DNA of 64,000 nt, taken from contig NC_087452.1 in assembly GCF_036321535.1 (NCBI RefSeq), positions 5,580,001 to 5,644,000 on the forward strand. Direction: 5' to 3'. The notes below the pieces were generated by a model that made no database searches, had not been told where the DNA came from, and saw only the letters and a program-made list of their open reading frames with translations. Both the position numbers and the translations under genes were made by a program. The DNA is from Camelus dromedarius. Taxonomy: Eukaryota. This document shows, one piece after another, positions 1-11,945 of the stretch; positions within the stretch are counted from its first letter, which is position 1; each line of letters starts with the position of its first letter.

Positions 1-153
1 AGAATGCATCAAACCCTCAGAACAAAAGTGCCTGAGAACGGCTCACTTTAAAAGACGGAGGTAGCTCTAGTCCATTGGGCCACGCATCACAGATCCTCGT
101 GGGGCTCCCAAGACCCAGTCCCTGTCCCCCACAAGCCTAGCATCTATTTGCAG

Positions 154-403
154 AAACCATGAGTTTGATGTCTTGGTGCTTTTCGGTGGAGAACTGTATA
201 AGCCTGACAGCCTTTTATCAGAGGGGCACCGGCCTCTCTCTGCTTGGACAGACTCAGTCTCCCATCCCGTGTGGCTCACATGGGGGCTACCACAAGGTCC
301 CAAGTTAGTGAGAATCACAAAGGGCGGGGAGGAAGATGAGGGACCCAGGAAGGAGGCCGAGTCGGAATCAGCGTCTCACAGCTCAGCCCTGAGAGGAGAA
401 CAG
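154..403 (+). other. Possible exon (250 nt), product unrecognised
   Basis: ctatttgcag|AAACC acceptor-like site and GAACAG|gtaact donor-like site; one frame open throughout (NHEFDVLVLFGGELY...SALRGEQ); weak polypyrimidine tract; no protein recognised. Confidence 0.2.
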
Positions 404-655
404 GTAACTCACTAAAACAAAGTCAGCCTGGCTCCAAGGGGACCCATTTGATGGAAGGTAATCCTTTGGTATCTTTAGCTAAAAAATCCAAGATGTCATA
501 TTAAAAAGGAATTTTACTTTGGAAATGGGAAGCCTTTGAGTTGGTGCTTAAAGGACAAGTAAGTGAAGAAGGAACTAGAATTCCAAAATGTCAAAGATGT
601 GTCCCTCACCAAGGTCCACACATAGGTCCCTCTAGCTGTCATGTATGTATGTGCT

Positions 656-682
656 CACGTGTGTGTGCGCACGTGCGTGCAC
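656..682. repeat. Perfect alternating purine-pyrimidine tract (Z-DNA-prone)
   Basis: cacgtgtgtgtgcgcacgtgcgtgcac, 27 bp, 4 CG steps, two CACGTG. Confidence 0.75.
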
Positions 683-1496
683 TTGTGCACACGCCTACGG
701 GAGGCTTCTGTCTGCATTAGGAAGAGGCGCCCCCTCGGGGCAGAAGCAGCCCCAGGGCAAGCAGACAGTGGGCTGGATGTAACCCCTGCTTGTCTTCTTA
801 GCCAGCACTGCACAGAGGAGAGCGTGGCCACGCACCCACACTCTCAGGCAGGGGAGGAGACCTTTAGCTGAGGGCTGGTAGGCTCCCAGCGAAGTGGAGA
901 TACCACAGCTAGAGCCTCCACGGGAGGCGCGGCAGTCCTTGCTCCACGAGAGTCATTTCTGCAAAACCCACAGCTTCCCTCTGCTTGCTCAGCTGCCTCC
1001 TTGAAGTTAATCTGTTTTGCTCTGTGCCTCTTCACCACCTGTCTGGTCCCAGCAATCACACTTAATGCCCTGACTCCAGAGTACAGATTTTATCCCTTCA
1101 GTTGAGTACCTGCTTTCACTGGAAAACAAGCCCCGAGGCTTGCCATGTACAGAGCACCTCATCTGATGCGCAAAGCAACCCTGAGGATTAGATAGTAGGG
1201 AATTAAGACACCCATCTTGCAGGTGAGGGAGTGGCTCTAGGACAGGAGCTTCCCAGAAACAGATGTCCTGGGTAGTCTGGATTTAGAGTTTGTCACCCAG
1301 TTTTGAGTGATTCTGCAGCTCAGGTTAGCTTTTTGTAAATTCCCTTAAAAGAGGCCATTTACGATCTCTCAGGCTGAGCTCCCTTTCCCTGTCCCCTCTG
1401 GACCGGAACCCTCATCCCGACCGATTGTCTTCCACGATGAACTCCCAATTGTAGAAACTCGACTGTTGTCTTGGTTTTGCCATTGTCTCAAGTGAA

Positions 1497-1515
1497 ATAG
1501 CCATCTAGTGGACAG
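1497..1515 (-). promoter_or_regulatory. Candidate CTCF site
   Basis: Reverse complement reads ctgtCCACTAGATGGCtat, matching the CTCF core CCRSYAGRKGGC. Confidence 0.5.
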
Positions 1516-1814
1516 TGATTGCTGTTGGAACTTGTTGCCATATACTCAACTAGCCTTTTTGCCAGTGTGGTCCCTGCTGTGGTCATCACTGCTACACACC
1601 TGCTCATAAGAGCCAAACCTGAAGCCGGACAGGTTGGACACTTCTCTTTAGAAACTGCCTTCAGAGCCTGGGTCCCATTGCCCCAAATACACTAAGATAA
1701 TAAATCTTCATCCTAATTTCCATTTCAGCAGATGGCATATCCGTGCCAGGCCCAGAGTGGGTACTAAATAGATCAACATCATTGTTGAATGAGGCAATTA
1801 ATTGATGAATCCTT

Positions 1815-2350
1815 TGAGGCTGGTATTTAATGGAAATCTTTCAGTTGCCAGTGGCCAAATCACAACACGAATTAGTTTAAGCAAAAAAAAAAAAAGAAAA
1901 AAGAAAAAAAGAATGTACTGGCTCACACAACTGCAAAGTGCAGGTGTGAGGGCATCAGGCATAGCTGAATCCAGAGGCTCAAATCATATTACAAGGGCTC
2001 AGTTCTCCTTTACTCTCAGCTGAGCTTCCAGTGTTGGCTTCATTCTCTGGCGTTCTTTCCTCATGGTAGACCAGATAGCCACCAGTAGTAGTTCTGAGCT
2101 GGCTGGCTTCTTCCAGCCAGTTCACAACCTTAGTCTTCTCCCCGCTTTATTCATAAAACAAATCTCATAGGTGGACTGGGATTGGCCCAGCTTAGGTCAC
2201 ATGCCTTCCCCATAGGCCAATCACTGTGGACAGAGAGAGGGGCTGCCCTGATTGGCCAGGGGAGGCACAGTGATTGACAGCTTCACCCAAGCCCCATGGG
2301 ATGGGGAAAGAGCCATACTCTAACAGAGACTGAGGTTCAGCAGACAGCAG
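1815..2350 (-). mobile_element. MaLR LTR (MLT1J/K-like)
   Basis: Motifs tttcagttgccagtg, ggctcacacaactgcaaag, attggcccagcttaggtcacatgcc, ccaatcactgtgg typical of old MLT1. Confidence 0.7.
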
Positions 2351-2794
2351 ATGCTCACTGCAGGGGTGGATGTGGTTTCTGAAAAGGGCAAAATGTCAGT
2401 AGGACAGTCTAGTAAAGGTTATAAATCTAGTGATAAGGCTCTGGGTCACCATGAGAAATAGAGTAAGGAGACATATTTTCTTAGATGATTCGTCACCAGC
2501 CTTGAAAATTGTGTTTGCAGTGATGTTCTAAGTGGTAGCAGCCCAAAGGGAACAAATCTGACACTTCTCCTGGAGACTGCTTTGATGGGCAGAGAATCCA
2601 GTCTTGAGATTGGAATTCATGTTATCCAACAGCCTCATCCCCCCACCCCTACTCCACATGGAGAAAGGGCAAAGCCACAAAGTCAGAAAAACTCATCTTT
2701 AACCAACACTGACACCCATTCCCATCTTCCCAGCCTATGGAGAAGTTTTCCATTGTCGTAGTTCAGTGGCAGTAACCTTCCTTACCTTTGCCAC

Positions 2795-2985
2795 ACAGAA
2801 CTGGGTTCTGATCCCAGATTTACCCTTTAGCGGTTCAACTCCTCTCAGCCTCAGTTTTCTCACCTGTAAAATGGACCTAGCCATAGTCCCTGGCAGGGGC
2901 ATTGTGAAGGTAAATGAGACCATGGAGGTGAAGTGCACACAGCCAAGAGTTGATGGGCATAGGTCTGATCACTGTTAGTAACCAC
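2795..2985 (+). mobile_element. MIR SINE
   Basis: Core ctcagcctcagttttctcacctgtaaaatgg followed by ttgtgaaggtaaatgag. Confidence 0.75.
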
Positions 2986-3439
2986 CTTCATCTTTTAGTA
3001 TCAGATTCGATAGAGAGGGCTGATATGTGTACAGCACTTTACAGTCTATGGTCCAAAAACCACGTACACACATAGAACAGTCTGGTCTTCCATTCCAGGC
3101 CTCGTCCCAGCTGCAAAGCTGCTTCCTGACAGGCCCCTGTGGTTGTCCTGCCAGAAGCCAGTGGGATCACGAGCTGACCCCTGATGCCTTCCCGCTTCAG
3201 TCCTTTAACCAGGCCCAGACTAGGTGTGAAGAGTTCTGGAATTTCTTGTGTTTCTTTTGGATTTATTCACCTAAACCCCCACCTGGTCCTGCTTCTGCCC
3301 TGGTTGGAGGTCCTCATACTCAGAGTCCACAGGGATCCCCTCATCCCCAGGTCTGTCCTCTTCATGGACTTTCATGTACGTGGTTTCTCAGTCTTCCCAG
3401 AAAGCTCCCAGGTTTAGAATATGGATTTAAAATCAGGCT

Positions 3440-3650
3440 ATACTTACTAAGCATTTCCCATGGCGCTTGGTACACACTTTACATCTACTGACTTATCTCA
3501 CGGCCACCACAGCCCTCCAAGGTAAGTAGTGTTGTGATCTTCATTTTACAGGCGAAGGAACTGAGGTCCAGAGTAGTTAAGTAACTTACCTGAGGTCGCA
3601 GCCAGTTAATGGGGAAACTGAACTCAAGTCTGTCCAAAACCCATGTTCTT
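3440..3650 (-). mobile_element. MIR SINE
   Basis: cattttacaggcgaaggaactgagg...gttaagtaacttacctgaggtc (antisense MIR core). Confidence 0.8.
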
Positions 3651-4159
3651 GGCCAGTATCTGACTTTTCACCTCTCTGATTCACATTTCCCATCTTAAGT
3701 TTTAGTCTTGGGGCCCTCCCTCCCTTCTGAGATAGCACATGCACTTAAATGTGACTCAGTGCTCCAAATTTGCTGTCAGATGAAGGGCTAAGAGGATTTC
3801 AGACCTGCTGGTGGAAACAGATGGGAAGTCCTTCAGGGCAGACCTTAGTAAGGCATGGATGTAAACCCCATGCCCCTAGGATCCCTTTGCATCAGTCTCT
3901 GATTGTTACAGAATCAGTGTGGCTTGTTGAAAGAACAGGGAAGCTAAATGTGGAGTCCTAGTGAACTCCTACTCATCCCTCGACCCAGATCCAATGCCTC
4001 CTCCTCAAGGAAGCCCTCCCTAACTGCCACAGGTATCTCTAACCTACCCCACAATGCCAGTCATCCATTCATCTAACACAGGCTTTTTGCGTACCTACTT
4101 TGTGCCTGGAGATCGTGAGGTCTCTGTACTGAATGTCAAACTTTCTAAAACAGGGATCA

Positions 4160-4410
4160 GATTAGCAGAATGGTTAAATTTGCAGGGTTTGGAGCCAGAC
4201 TGTGTGTTTGAATCCCGGTCCCTCTATTTACTAGCAGTATGACTTTGGACACATTGCTTAACCTGGATGAGCCTCAGTTTCCCCCTATGTTAAATGAGCC
4301 TAAAAATAGTGCCTGCCTCTGAGAGTGTGGTTGTAAAGATTAAGTGAATTAATAGTAGGTACCTAATAATTTTACTAGGTAGCAGGTGCTTAATAAATGT
4401 TACCAGTTGT
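4160..4410 (+). mobile_element. Near full-length MIR SINE
   Basis: tggttaa...ttgaatcccggt...gagcctcagtttcccc...gattaagtgaattaata...gtgcttaataaatgtta. Confidence 0.85.
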
Positions 4411-5499
4411 AACTGAGACTGTTTCTCATACTTGGGTCTTGAGGAACAAGCGCAGTCCCTGTACCCAGCAGGTGCCTCTTGAATGTGTGAACAGGAGAGT
4501 GAGTGAGTGAGTGAGTTGGACACTTCACCCTTCTGCATGTGAACCCCCCGTATGTGGAATAGCAAGCCGCCTCCCAGCTTGTTGAGGGGATTAGTGGGGG
4601 TGCCCGGGGCGTGACAGCGCCTTGGAAACGAGGAGGTGCCCTGCACACAGTGGAGAGATTGCAATCATGTTGGCTGTAGGGACAAATGACCTGGGGCTGA
4701 GCCTCCAGCATGGGACCCAGCCTGGGAATGTGGCCGGTCAGGGAGGGCTGGGGGAGCTGTAGGAACCTGCTGCCTGGGACATCCCACCTGCAGGGGGTCA
4801 GCCTTGGACAAGTCCTGAGAGCACCCTCTGTTCTCCAGGGAACTTGTACTTGTCCTTGCATTTGGGGGATCAAAGTGGGACCTCAAAAGGCTGTTCTGCT
4901 GGTCACACCTGCATCTGATTGACAGATTGAGGGTGCATTATTGTCCTCCCTTTCTGGATGAGAGCACTGAGGCATCAAGAGATGGATGGACTGTACAAGG
5001 TCACACTGCTAACAAGGGCTAGAGTGGGCCAATCCCGGCAAAGTCTGCCCCGAGCCCTGCAAGGGATGAGGGTAACACTAAGGGCTCAGTAAAGGGAGAA
5101 ATCCCACAGGAACGGATCTCAGTTGCACTAGTCTGTGGCAACCCCATACCAAACCTGCTACTCACCTGGGCCTCCAAAATCCTCAGAGACCACAGGCTCC
5201 TGCAGCAAGAGGAAACTGAGGCCAGCCCATGCAGCTCCCTCCCCCCTCCCCATTATACAGGCAGCAAAGTACAGCCCTAAGAGGGGCAGTGATCTCCCCT
5301 GGGGCCACAGGGCAAGTTGGTGGCTGGAAACGGATGTCTCTGGTACTGAGGAATCTTCAAGGTTTTTTCTTTTGTTTTTGTTTTGTTTTGTTTTTTTGAG
5401 ATGTGTGTTGGGATCTAATAGAGGGTAATGTAACCAAGACTAGTTGCTTATTCATTTATTCATTCAACTAATGCTTATTGCACACCAGGCCATGCTTAG

Positions 5500-5939
5500 C
5501 TGGGTCTCCTGCTTAGAGTCTCACAAAGCTGTACTCCAGGCTAGGGTGGGGATCTCCTCTGTGGCTCAGGGTCCTCTACCAAGCTCATGTGTTTGTTGGC
5601 AGAATTCATTTCCTTTCAGCTGTAGAACTCACTGGTTTCCCAAGGCCAGTGGGAGAGAGACTCCAGGTCTGTGACTTCCAGACCCTCTGCTAAAGGATTA
5701 CCTGATTAAGTCAGGCCCACCCAGGATAAGCTTCATTTGGTTTAATTTAAAGTCAACTGATTAGTAACGTTTATTACATCTGTAAAGTCCCTTTGCTTTT
5801 GCTATGTAATGTACCATGACCACAGGAATGAGATCATCATATCCACAGGGCCTGCCCGCACTCAAGGGGAGGGAATTATTCAGGGTATGTACACCAGGGG
5901 TTGGGAATCTTGAGGGCCATTTAGATTCTGCTTATCACA
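5500..5939 (-). mobile_element. MaLR LTR (MLT1E/F-like)
   Basis: ttggcagaattcatttcc, gattaagtcaggcccacccaggataa, aaagtcaactgattag, terminal attctgcttatcaca. Confidence 0.8.
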
Positions 5940-6374
5940 GGTTGGTCCTCTTATTATTGCCATTTAAATTCAGCACAGGGAATTGGCTAACCCAGGTCAC
6001 ACATCAAGCAGGAAGGTGGAGTTCCTGTCCCCAGACCTCCCAGCATGTGCTCTCTGGGGCACCATACCCTCCAGGCCCTTCGAGGAGAAAGGCCGTCTCC
6101 TCAGCTGGGCCTGGACTCCTAGAAGCCAGGCCCAGTCCCTTGGCCCTCAGGGTAGCCCAGCACACAGTCAGTGCTCAGCAGGCGTTTGCTTGCTGCAGGC
6201 AGCTTGCGTGTCCTTTCCTTTCCTGCCCCCAGGCTGCCCGCTGCTGGAGACTGCTGAGTACATCTCATTCCAAGACAGGAGTCCAGGAAACACAGGGGCT
6301 TTGCTACAGGATTTCATCTCACGGATGGTTTGGTGAGGATGCATACTCCAGTTCACTGAGGGATGCCCATCCAA

Positions 6375-7110
6375 GCTTATTAAACATTTTCATAGTTTCT
6401 TATTATAAAAGCAACACATAGTCATTTTAGCATAGAAAATACCAATAAGCAAAGTAACAATATAAATAATTTTCCAAGCACCAGAATCCTGTCCCGTGGG
6501 GAGGACCACCCCTAGCGCCTTCTTCAGCGGGCAGCATAGCCCTGTGGTTAGGAGCACAGAGCCTGGGCTTTAATTCTAGCTTCCCCAGTGCCACCTTGTG
6601 GCCTTGGACGAGTTATTTAACCCCTCTGTGCCTCAGTTTCCTCATCTATAAAATGGGTGTGTCCGCAGCACCTGCCTCATAAGGCTGTGGGTGGTGTAAA
6701 TGGGATAACACATGAAAAGCCTTAGAACAGGGTCTGGCACACAGCACGTTTTATGTGACTGTTACTCATTGATATTGTCTTGATAAAAAATAGGATCCTA
6801 TTTAACATACTACTTACAACTTTTTTTCGTATCACCTGTCTTTCCTTGCCAATAAACATTCATCCATGACATAATTTTAAATGGCTTAAGTACCTTCCAC
6901 ATAATATATTTAAGTGAACCTCTCTTTTGGGCCTACATATGTTTTCATTCTTTAATTATTATAAATAGCGCCATAGGGCAGATCTGTGTACACATCCTTA
7001 CGTTTTTTCCTGTGGAATGACTTTCTAGAAGTAAGGTCCATGGGCCAAAGGCCGTTCAGTTCCCTAAGGAAATCCCCGTGACCTCCTTCTATGCACAGAC
7101 ACCGGGAGTC
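6375..7110 (-). mobile_element. Old L1 (L1ME-like) 3' fragments, interrupted by a MIR
   Basis: AT-rich ttattataaaagcaacacat...; ttcattctttaattattataaatagcgcc...ttcctgtggaatgactttctagaagt. Confidence 0.5.
6520..6775 (+). mobile_element. MIR SINE
   Basis: gtggttaggagcacag...tctgtgcctcagtttcctcatctataaaatggg...aagccttagaacagggtctggcacacag. Confidence 0.85.
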
Positions 7111-7489
7111 AAATTGACCTCTGGAGGCACTTTGCCACCAGTTGACTCCTCTCAGGAGTGTGCACGTGGTTCCGTCCCCCATGCCTCCACCCTGCCGCAC
7201 AGGGAGTCTGTGTTTAAAGGTGAGCGAGGGCCGGCTCCCCACCTGGGGTCGATGGTGTTCCTGTGGGTGTGACAGCTGCTGCCATCAGCCATCTGCCAGT
7301 ATCTTGCTCGTGGAGAGTCAGGCTAGACCACTAGGGTAGCCACAGGGCTCCCCAGGGCAATGTGTCACCCTGTCTCTGGCAGTGGAAGTGCCTGGGACCC
7401 ACAAGGGGGAGCCAGCTGAGGACCAGTGACCATGGCTTGCTTCCCTCTCTACCTCCCTCCTTCCTTCTTTACCTGTCTCCTTCCTTTCC

Positions 7490-7830
7490 TCCTTCTTCAC
7501 TGAACTTAGAAGGTGCCTGTGCTAAGTGTTCAATGGGCCATAAAAACAGAACAAATCTCTGCTCTCATGGAACAACAAAAAGAGATTGAAAATAGATAAA
7601 TTTGTAAATACAGCGCTGCCATTTGTGGTCAGGGTCAGGAAGGGGAGGTCTGTGTGCTGTGGGAGAGTGGTCCAGGGAGGACCTCTCTGAGGAAGTGGCA
7701 TTCACACCAAGGCCTGAAAGATGATCACAGAAATGAAGGGAGAAAGGGCATTCTAGGCAGAAAGCTCGGCACGTGCTAAGGCCCTGAAGTGGGAGCTGAA
7801 AGGAGGCCAGTGTGGCTGGAGTGCCCAGGT
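7490..7830 (-). mobile_element. L2 LINE 3' region
   Basis: tctctgctctcatggaac, ccagggaggacctctctgaggaagtggcatt, gcattctaggcagaaag, aaggaggccagtgtggctggag. Confidence 0.75.
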
Positions 7831-8129
7831 GAGGCGCTAGTGAGTGAAGAGGGAGGCAGTGGCGGATTGCCGGACCTTGCAGTTCTGAACAGCAAATCCG
7901 GAGTCTGCTAGGATGAGTGGCCCAGCTCAGGGTCAAGGCCAAGACATGAGTTGAGTAAAGTCTGTGTGAGTGAGAGTAGGCCGGGGCCAGATAAGAGGCA
8001 TCACAGGTTATGCCTGGACTCCTGGCCATATTTGCAGCTCAACTTATGAGCAAGGAGGTGCCTGGTGAGGCCAGCTTAGAGGGCCAGGACAGCCTCAGAC
8101 CCTCCAATTTGTTTTTCTGGCTGAAAACA

Positions 8130-9030
8130 TATGTGGCCCAATTCACTGTTTGTTCCTATGGAAATAGTAAATCAATAATCATAAATGCTGTGAAGCACAG
8201 ATCCATGTAGCGACAAGCCTGAATCTGGCAAAGAAGATGTCGAGAGAAAGGCAAACCCCAGAGGGAACTTGCTGGATGATCCCACTCGTGTGAAGGTCAA
8301 GAACAGGCAGAACTAATCTGTGAGGACAGAACTCACAGGGCAGGGAGGGGCTTCTGGGAGGCTGGTCATTCCTGCACTTTGACCCAGGGACTGGACATAC
8401 AGGTGTGTTTAGTTTATGAATATGCAGTGCTGGTCCCGTCTCTGTATGTCTATGAGATTTCAATACAATGTTTACTACAACTAAATCCTCTTCCCTCACC
8501 ATCCCCTGTGGAGTATCCCTGCCTGGAATGTTTAATATGAATCTAATTGTGAGAAACAATGAGATGAATCCAAAGTAAGGGACTTCCCCCAAATATCAAT
8601 ATTGTAAGAAAGAAAAAGTCTGGAGAACTGTTCTACATTAAGGGAGACGAAAGTGACATGCCAACTAAACATAATGCATGATCCTGGATGGAAAAAGTAG
8701 TTATAAAGACAGGGGACACCTGGGGAAACTTGAACGCTGACTGCAGATTGGATGTTACAGTGCCAAGGCTCCGGGGTGGGATGCTGCAGTTGTGGTTGTG
8801 TCGAAGGATGTATTTGTTCTTAGGAGATTCACGCTCAAGTACTTAGGATTGAAATGGACCAATGTCTGAATAAAAGGGAAAGGGAGGAAGATAAGGTGGA
8901 AAACAGAGCACAAGTGGGGTAAAACATTAACAATTGGTATCTGTAAGTGAAGGGTAGGTGAATGCGCATTGAACTATCCTTGCAAATCTTCTATAGGACT
9001 GAAATTTTCTTAAAAAATTTGGGAAATAAA
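8130..9030 (+). mobile_element. Old L1M (L1MC/MD/ME-like) 3' end fragments
   Basis: gaaggtcaagaacaggcagaactaatctgtg; gaactgttctacattaagggagac...aactaaacataatgcatgatcctgg; tgaactatccttgcaaatcttctatag. Confidence 0.65.
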
Positions 9031-9174
9031 ATACAGAAAAAACACTACTTCCTATTTTTAAAAAAGAAAAAAAACTACCACTCATTAAGTTATGGCTGGT
9101 GTCCCTTGCCTGTTAGGCTTTTAATATGTATTGTATATAATCTCATGAGTCAGTTAGGTTTTTATACGTAATAA

Positions 9175-9370
9175 AAGATCTAACCAAATAACGGAAGTGG
9201 GTATTTATTGATCCACATAGGTGAACAATCCAGGGATATCTGCTTCAGGTCAGGTTTGATCCAGGACCTCGTCTTGCTTCCTCTGTTTCTCTACTCTGCT
9301 CCTTCTAGTTTGGCCTCATTTTTAGGCTCACTCTCCCCTCCTGAGCATTAGATGGCTGCCAGGACCTACC
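9175..9370 (-). mobile_element. MaLR LTR fragment (MLT1)
   Basis: gggtatttattgatccacatag, gcttcaggtcaggtttgatccagg, agatggctgccag. Confidence 0.55.
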
Positions 9371-9439
9371 AGGAAGAGAATAAATTCCCCAAAGGGAGGA
9401 GAGGATGCTTGAACCACCTCCTCCACCCCCTGCCCAGTG

Positions 9440-9590
9440 ATTTCACTCTTGCATGTAATCCATGAGACAGATGGTTTTACCCACTCTGTGTATCCCAAGA
9501 CTCAAGAGAGGTTATGTGATTTCTCCAAGGTCTCACCACAAGGAAGGGAAAGCTGGGATTTGAACCTGAGTCTGCCTGTCCCCAAAGCAG
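9440..9590 (-). mobile_element. MIR SINE
   Basis: gaggttatgtgatttctccaaggtctcacc...ggatttgaacctgagtctgcctg. Confidence 0.7.
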
Positions 9591-10029
9591 GCAAAAAACT
9601 GGTTTATACAACCACTTTTCTTATTACAAAAAGTCTGGGGGAAACGGCAGAGCAAAGAGCACCTACATTCCATCCCAGCACCATCATTTTGTAAATTCTC
9701 TTCCAGTCTTTCTCCATCTCCAGCGGCTTTTTTTTTTTAAAAAAAAAAAAAGACACATGGAAATTAGATGTTGATATGAGGATCCCTGAAGGCCCCTGGG
9801 CTACCTGGACACCCTTCATGCAGGATCACTTAGGGTCGTGTTCCAGCCTAAATGTGAGGTTAACCCTTTCCAACGCAGGGGTCTAGATTTGCCTTTACTG
9901 TTGGGGAACCCGAGCGCATTCATGCAACCAACACATACTTGGGAAACCAAAGCGATGGTGGTGGAATTGATGGGATGCCCTCCGGGTCCTGACTTGCTCA
10001 TCTTAGCAATCACAGCATTCCTACGAGTG

Positions 10030-10105
10030 GACATTACAACCCCTATTTTCTAGAGGAAACTGAGGCACTGAAGGAGAAATGACTGGTCAGGTCACCATCC
10101 AGCGT
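10030..10105 (-). mobile_element. MIR fragment
   Basis: cctattttctagaggaaactgaggcactgaagg. Confidence 0.6.
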
Positions 10106-11040
10106 GTAGCAGGGGCAGGAGCCAAGCCGTGCCCTGTAACAGCACTGCACATAGCAGCCTTGAATTTCCACCAGGCCTTCTCTGAATAATCCTAGGAGTG
10201 TCCTTTCCCCTCTGCAGAGAACCCTGGGGATTTCAGCATTGATTCCCCTGTGGGTTGTAAGAACTTGAATCAAAGGCCTCTCTGTTGTTAGAGAAAGCCC
10301 TCCAGCTTTGCTTCAGCCCAGGCACTTTCTGTCCAGGGCTAGGATCCATGCTAATAAAAACAAGTGTCATTTTACAGTGCTTTCTATAAATCTGTTAGTG
10401 ACCTTTAATAAAAATTTATGACCCTAATAATCCTGTTCTGCACACCCTGGTCCTTGCCTCGCTCCCTGGCCAGGAATCTGCAAACCTTTAGAATTTAGAG
10501 ACTGTGCCTGGGCCAGTGCCAGGGGTCCCGCTCCAAGTGATGGGAATGGCACGAGTAATGATTAATCCAAACCGCCCTGCACCGAGCACAAAGCTCTTTT
10601 CTTGACGCAAGCCACTGGGCTGGGAATCCTAGAAAGAGCAGGAACTGGAAGACACTGGGGGAGCCCATCAAGCTGGCTGTTAACCGAGCTTAGCCCCACC
10701 TGCCTGACCTTTCCCTCGCACCCTTCTCTTCCTCCACGTCATCGGAGCAAGGTGCCAAAAATAAAGTGTGCCCCGTATAGACCCAGCTGTTGTGGACAAA
10801 ATCCAAGGGCTTCTTCTGAACCCGTGAGTTGTCCACACTTTGTTTATGGGATTGGAGATGGGAGTGCCAGGAGGTCGGAAATGTTGGGATTGGCCTGGGC
10901 ATTCAGCATCTTGTGTATGATTTAAGCAGTGGGGGCTTCTAATCTCGGAGGAAAGGTTGCAGGCTCCAAGCACCTTGTGGAATGTTTGTTTGGTTGTCAC
11001 GTTGCATAAAACCCGACTGCCTTTGCTCTGAGGCTCTCTA

Positions 11041-11260
11041 ACCGGCAAATTGGCACAAATAGTACGTTTGCGCAAACAGTACGATGTGCTTTACGGCCCC
11101 GCCCGCAGTGCATGCTGCACGGTCCCAGCAACTTTCTCCATCATTCAGGGTTTGTGGGGATGGTGCGTCGTGGGCACTTCAGGGAGATGTGTTTTCCTAT
11201 AGGGAAGGGGCCCCGCCGAGGCCACCAGTGTCCTCCGGGCGCCTGTTAGCTAAGTGGGCG
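11041..11260. promoter_or_regulatory. Small CpG-dense enhancer/promoter-like patch
   Basis: 15 CpG counted in 220 bp; palindrome gtttgcgcaaac (11066-11077, C/EBP-like core TTGCGCAA); GC box ggccccgcccgc. Confidence 0.45.
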
Positions 11261-11869
11261 AAAGTCATCACCTCCTCCCCCTACACTTGGTGGCTTCAGA
11301 GGTACCTCTTTCAATGCAACCAAATTTTATGTGGCTTTTTCACCTTAAGCAACCACGTCACACTGTTAACTCCCATTAACCCTGTCACATATGCCCGTCA
11401 AACCTTTCTCACATAAACTACTACCAAGCAAATGCCCTCACTGATTTGTACTTAATTTTCTGAGTCCAGATGCCTGACTTTCATCTATCCTTGGATATCA
11501 TTCTGTCTCCATCTGGCCTGGGGTTTCTGTCTTTGGGGATAATTTTGGCTCTCAATTCTTTTACCTTGTGAATTAGTCATCCCTCCCAGCTGGGCTGACC
11601 TCAGCCAACTCTCAAGAATTTATTGAGCACCTACAGAGGGTTCAGGGTCCGAGTTAGAGGATTAAAGTGTGACATACATCCCTGTCTCTTTACAAGCCTG
11701 CTTGTAAAATGAGGGCTCATCTCCAGGGCACAGAGGCGAAGGCAAACCAGGTTCAAGGTTGTGAGGCAGTCTCCAGAGGAGCTCTTGTTTGGGGAAAATC
11801 ACCTTTCTTACAACTGCCTGGGAGCTTGTCAGACATATAGGCCCTGGGATCAACCCGCTCAGCTCAGAA

Positions 11870-11945
11870 ACCGAGGGTCTGGGGGAGGCGCCCAGCCCCT
11901 TGTTTGTAACTCCCCAGGTGACACGGACACAAGCCCAAGTTACAA
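11870..11945. mobile_element. MER5-like hAT-Charlie fragment
   Basis: gggtctgggggaggcgcccagc...taactccccaggtgac. Confidence 0.45.

Noticed and set aside
3515-3530. Strong donor AAG|gtaagt
   Set aside because: Lies within a MIR and I found no convincing upstream acceptor
5816-6421. 201-aa ORF
   Set aside because: Starts in an MLT1 LTR and ends in an L1 fragment; no recognisable protein
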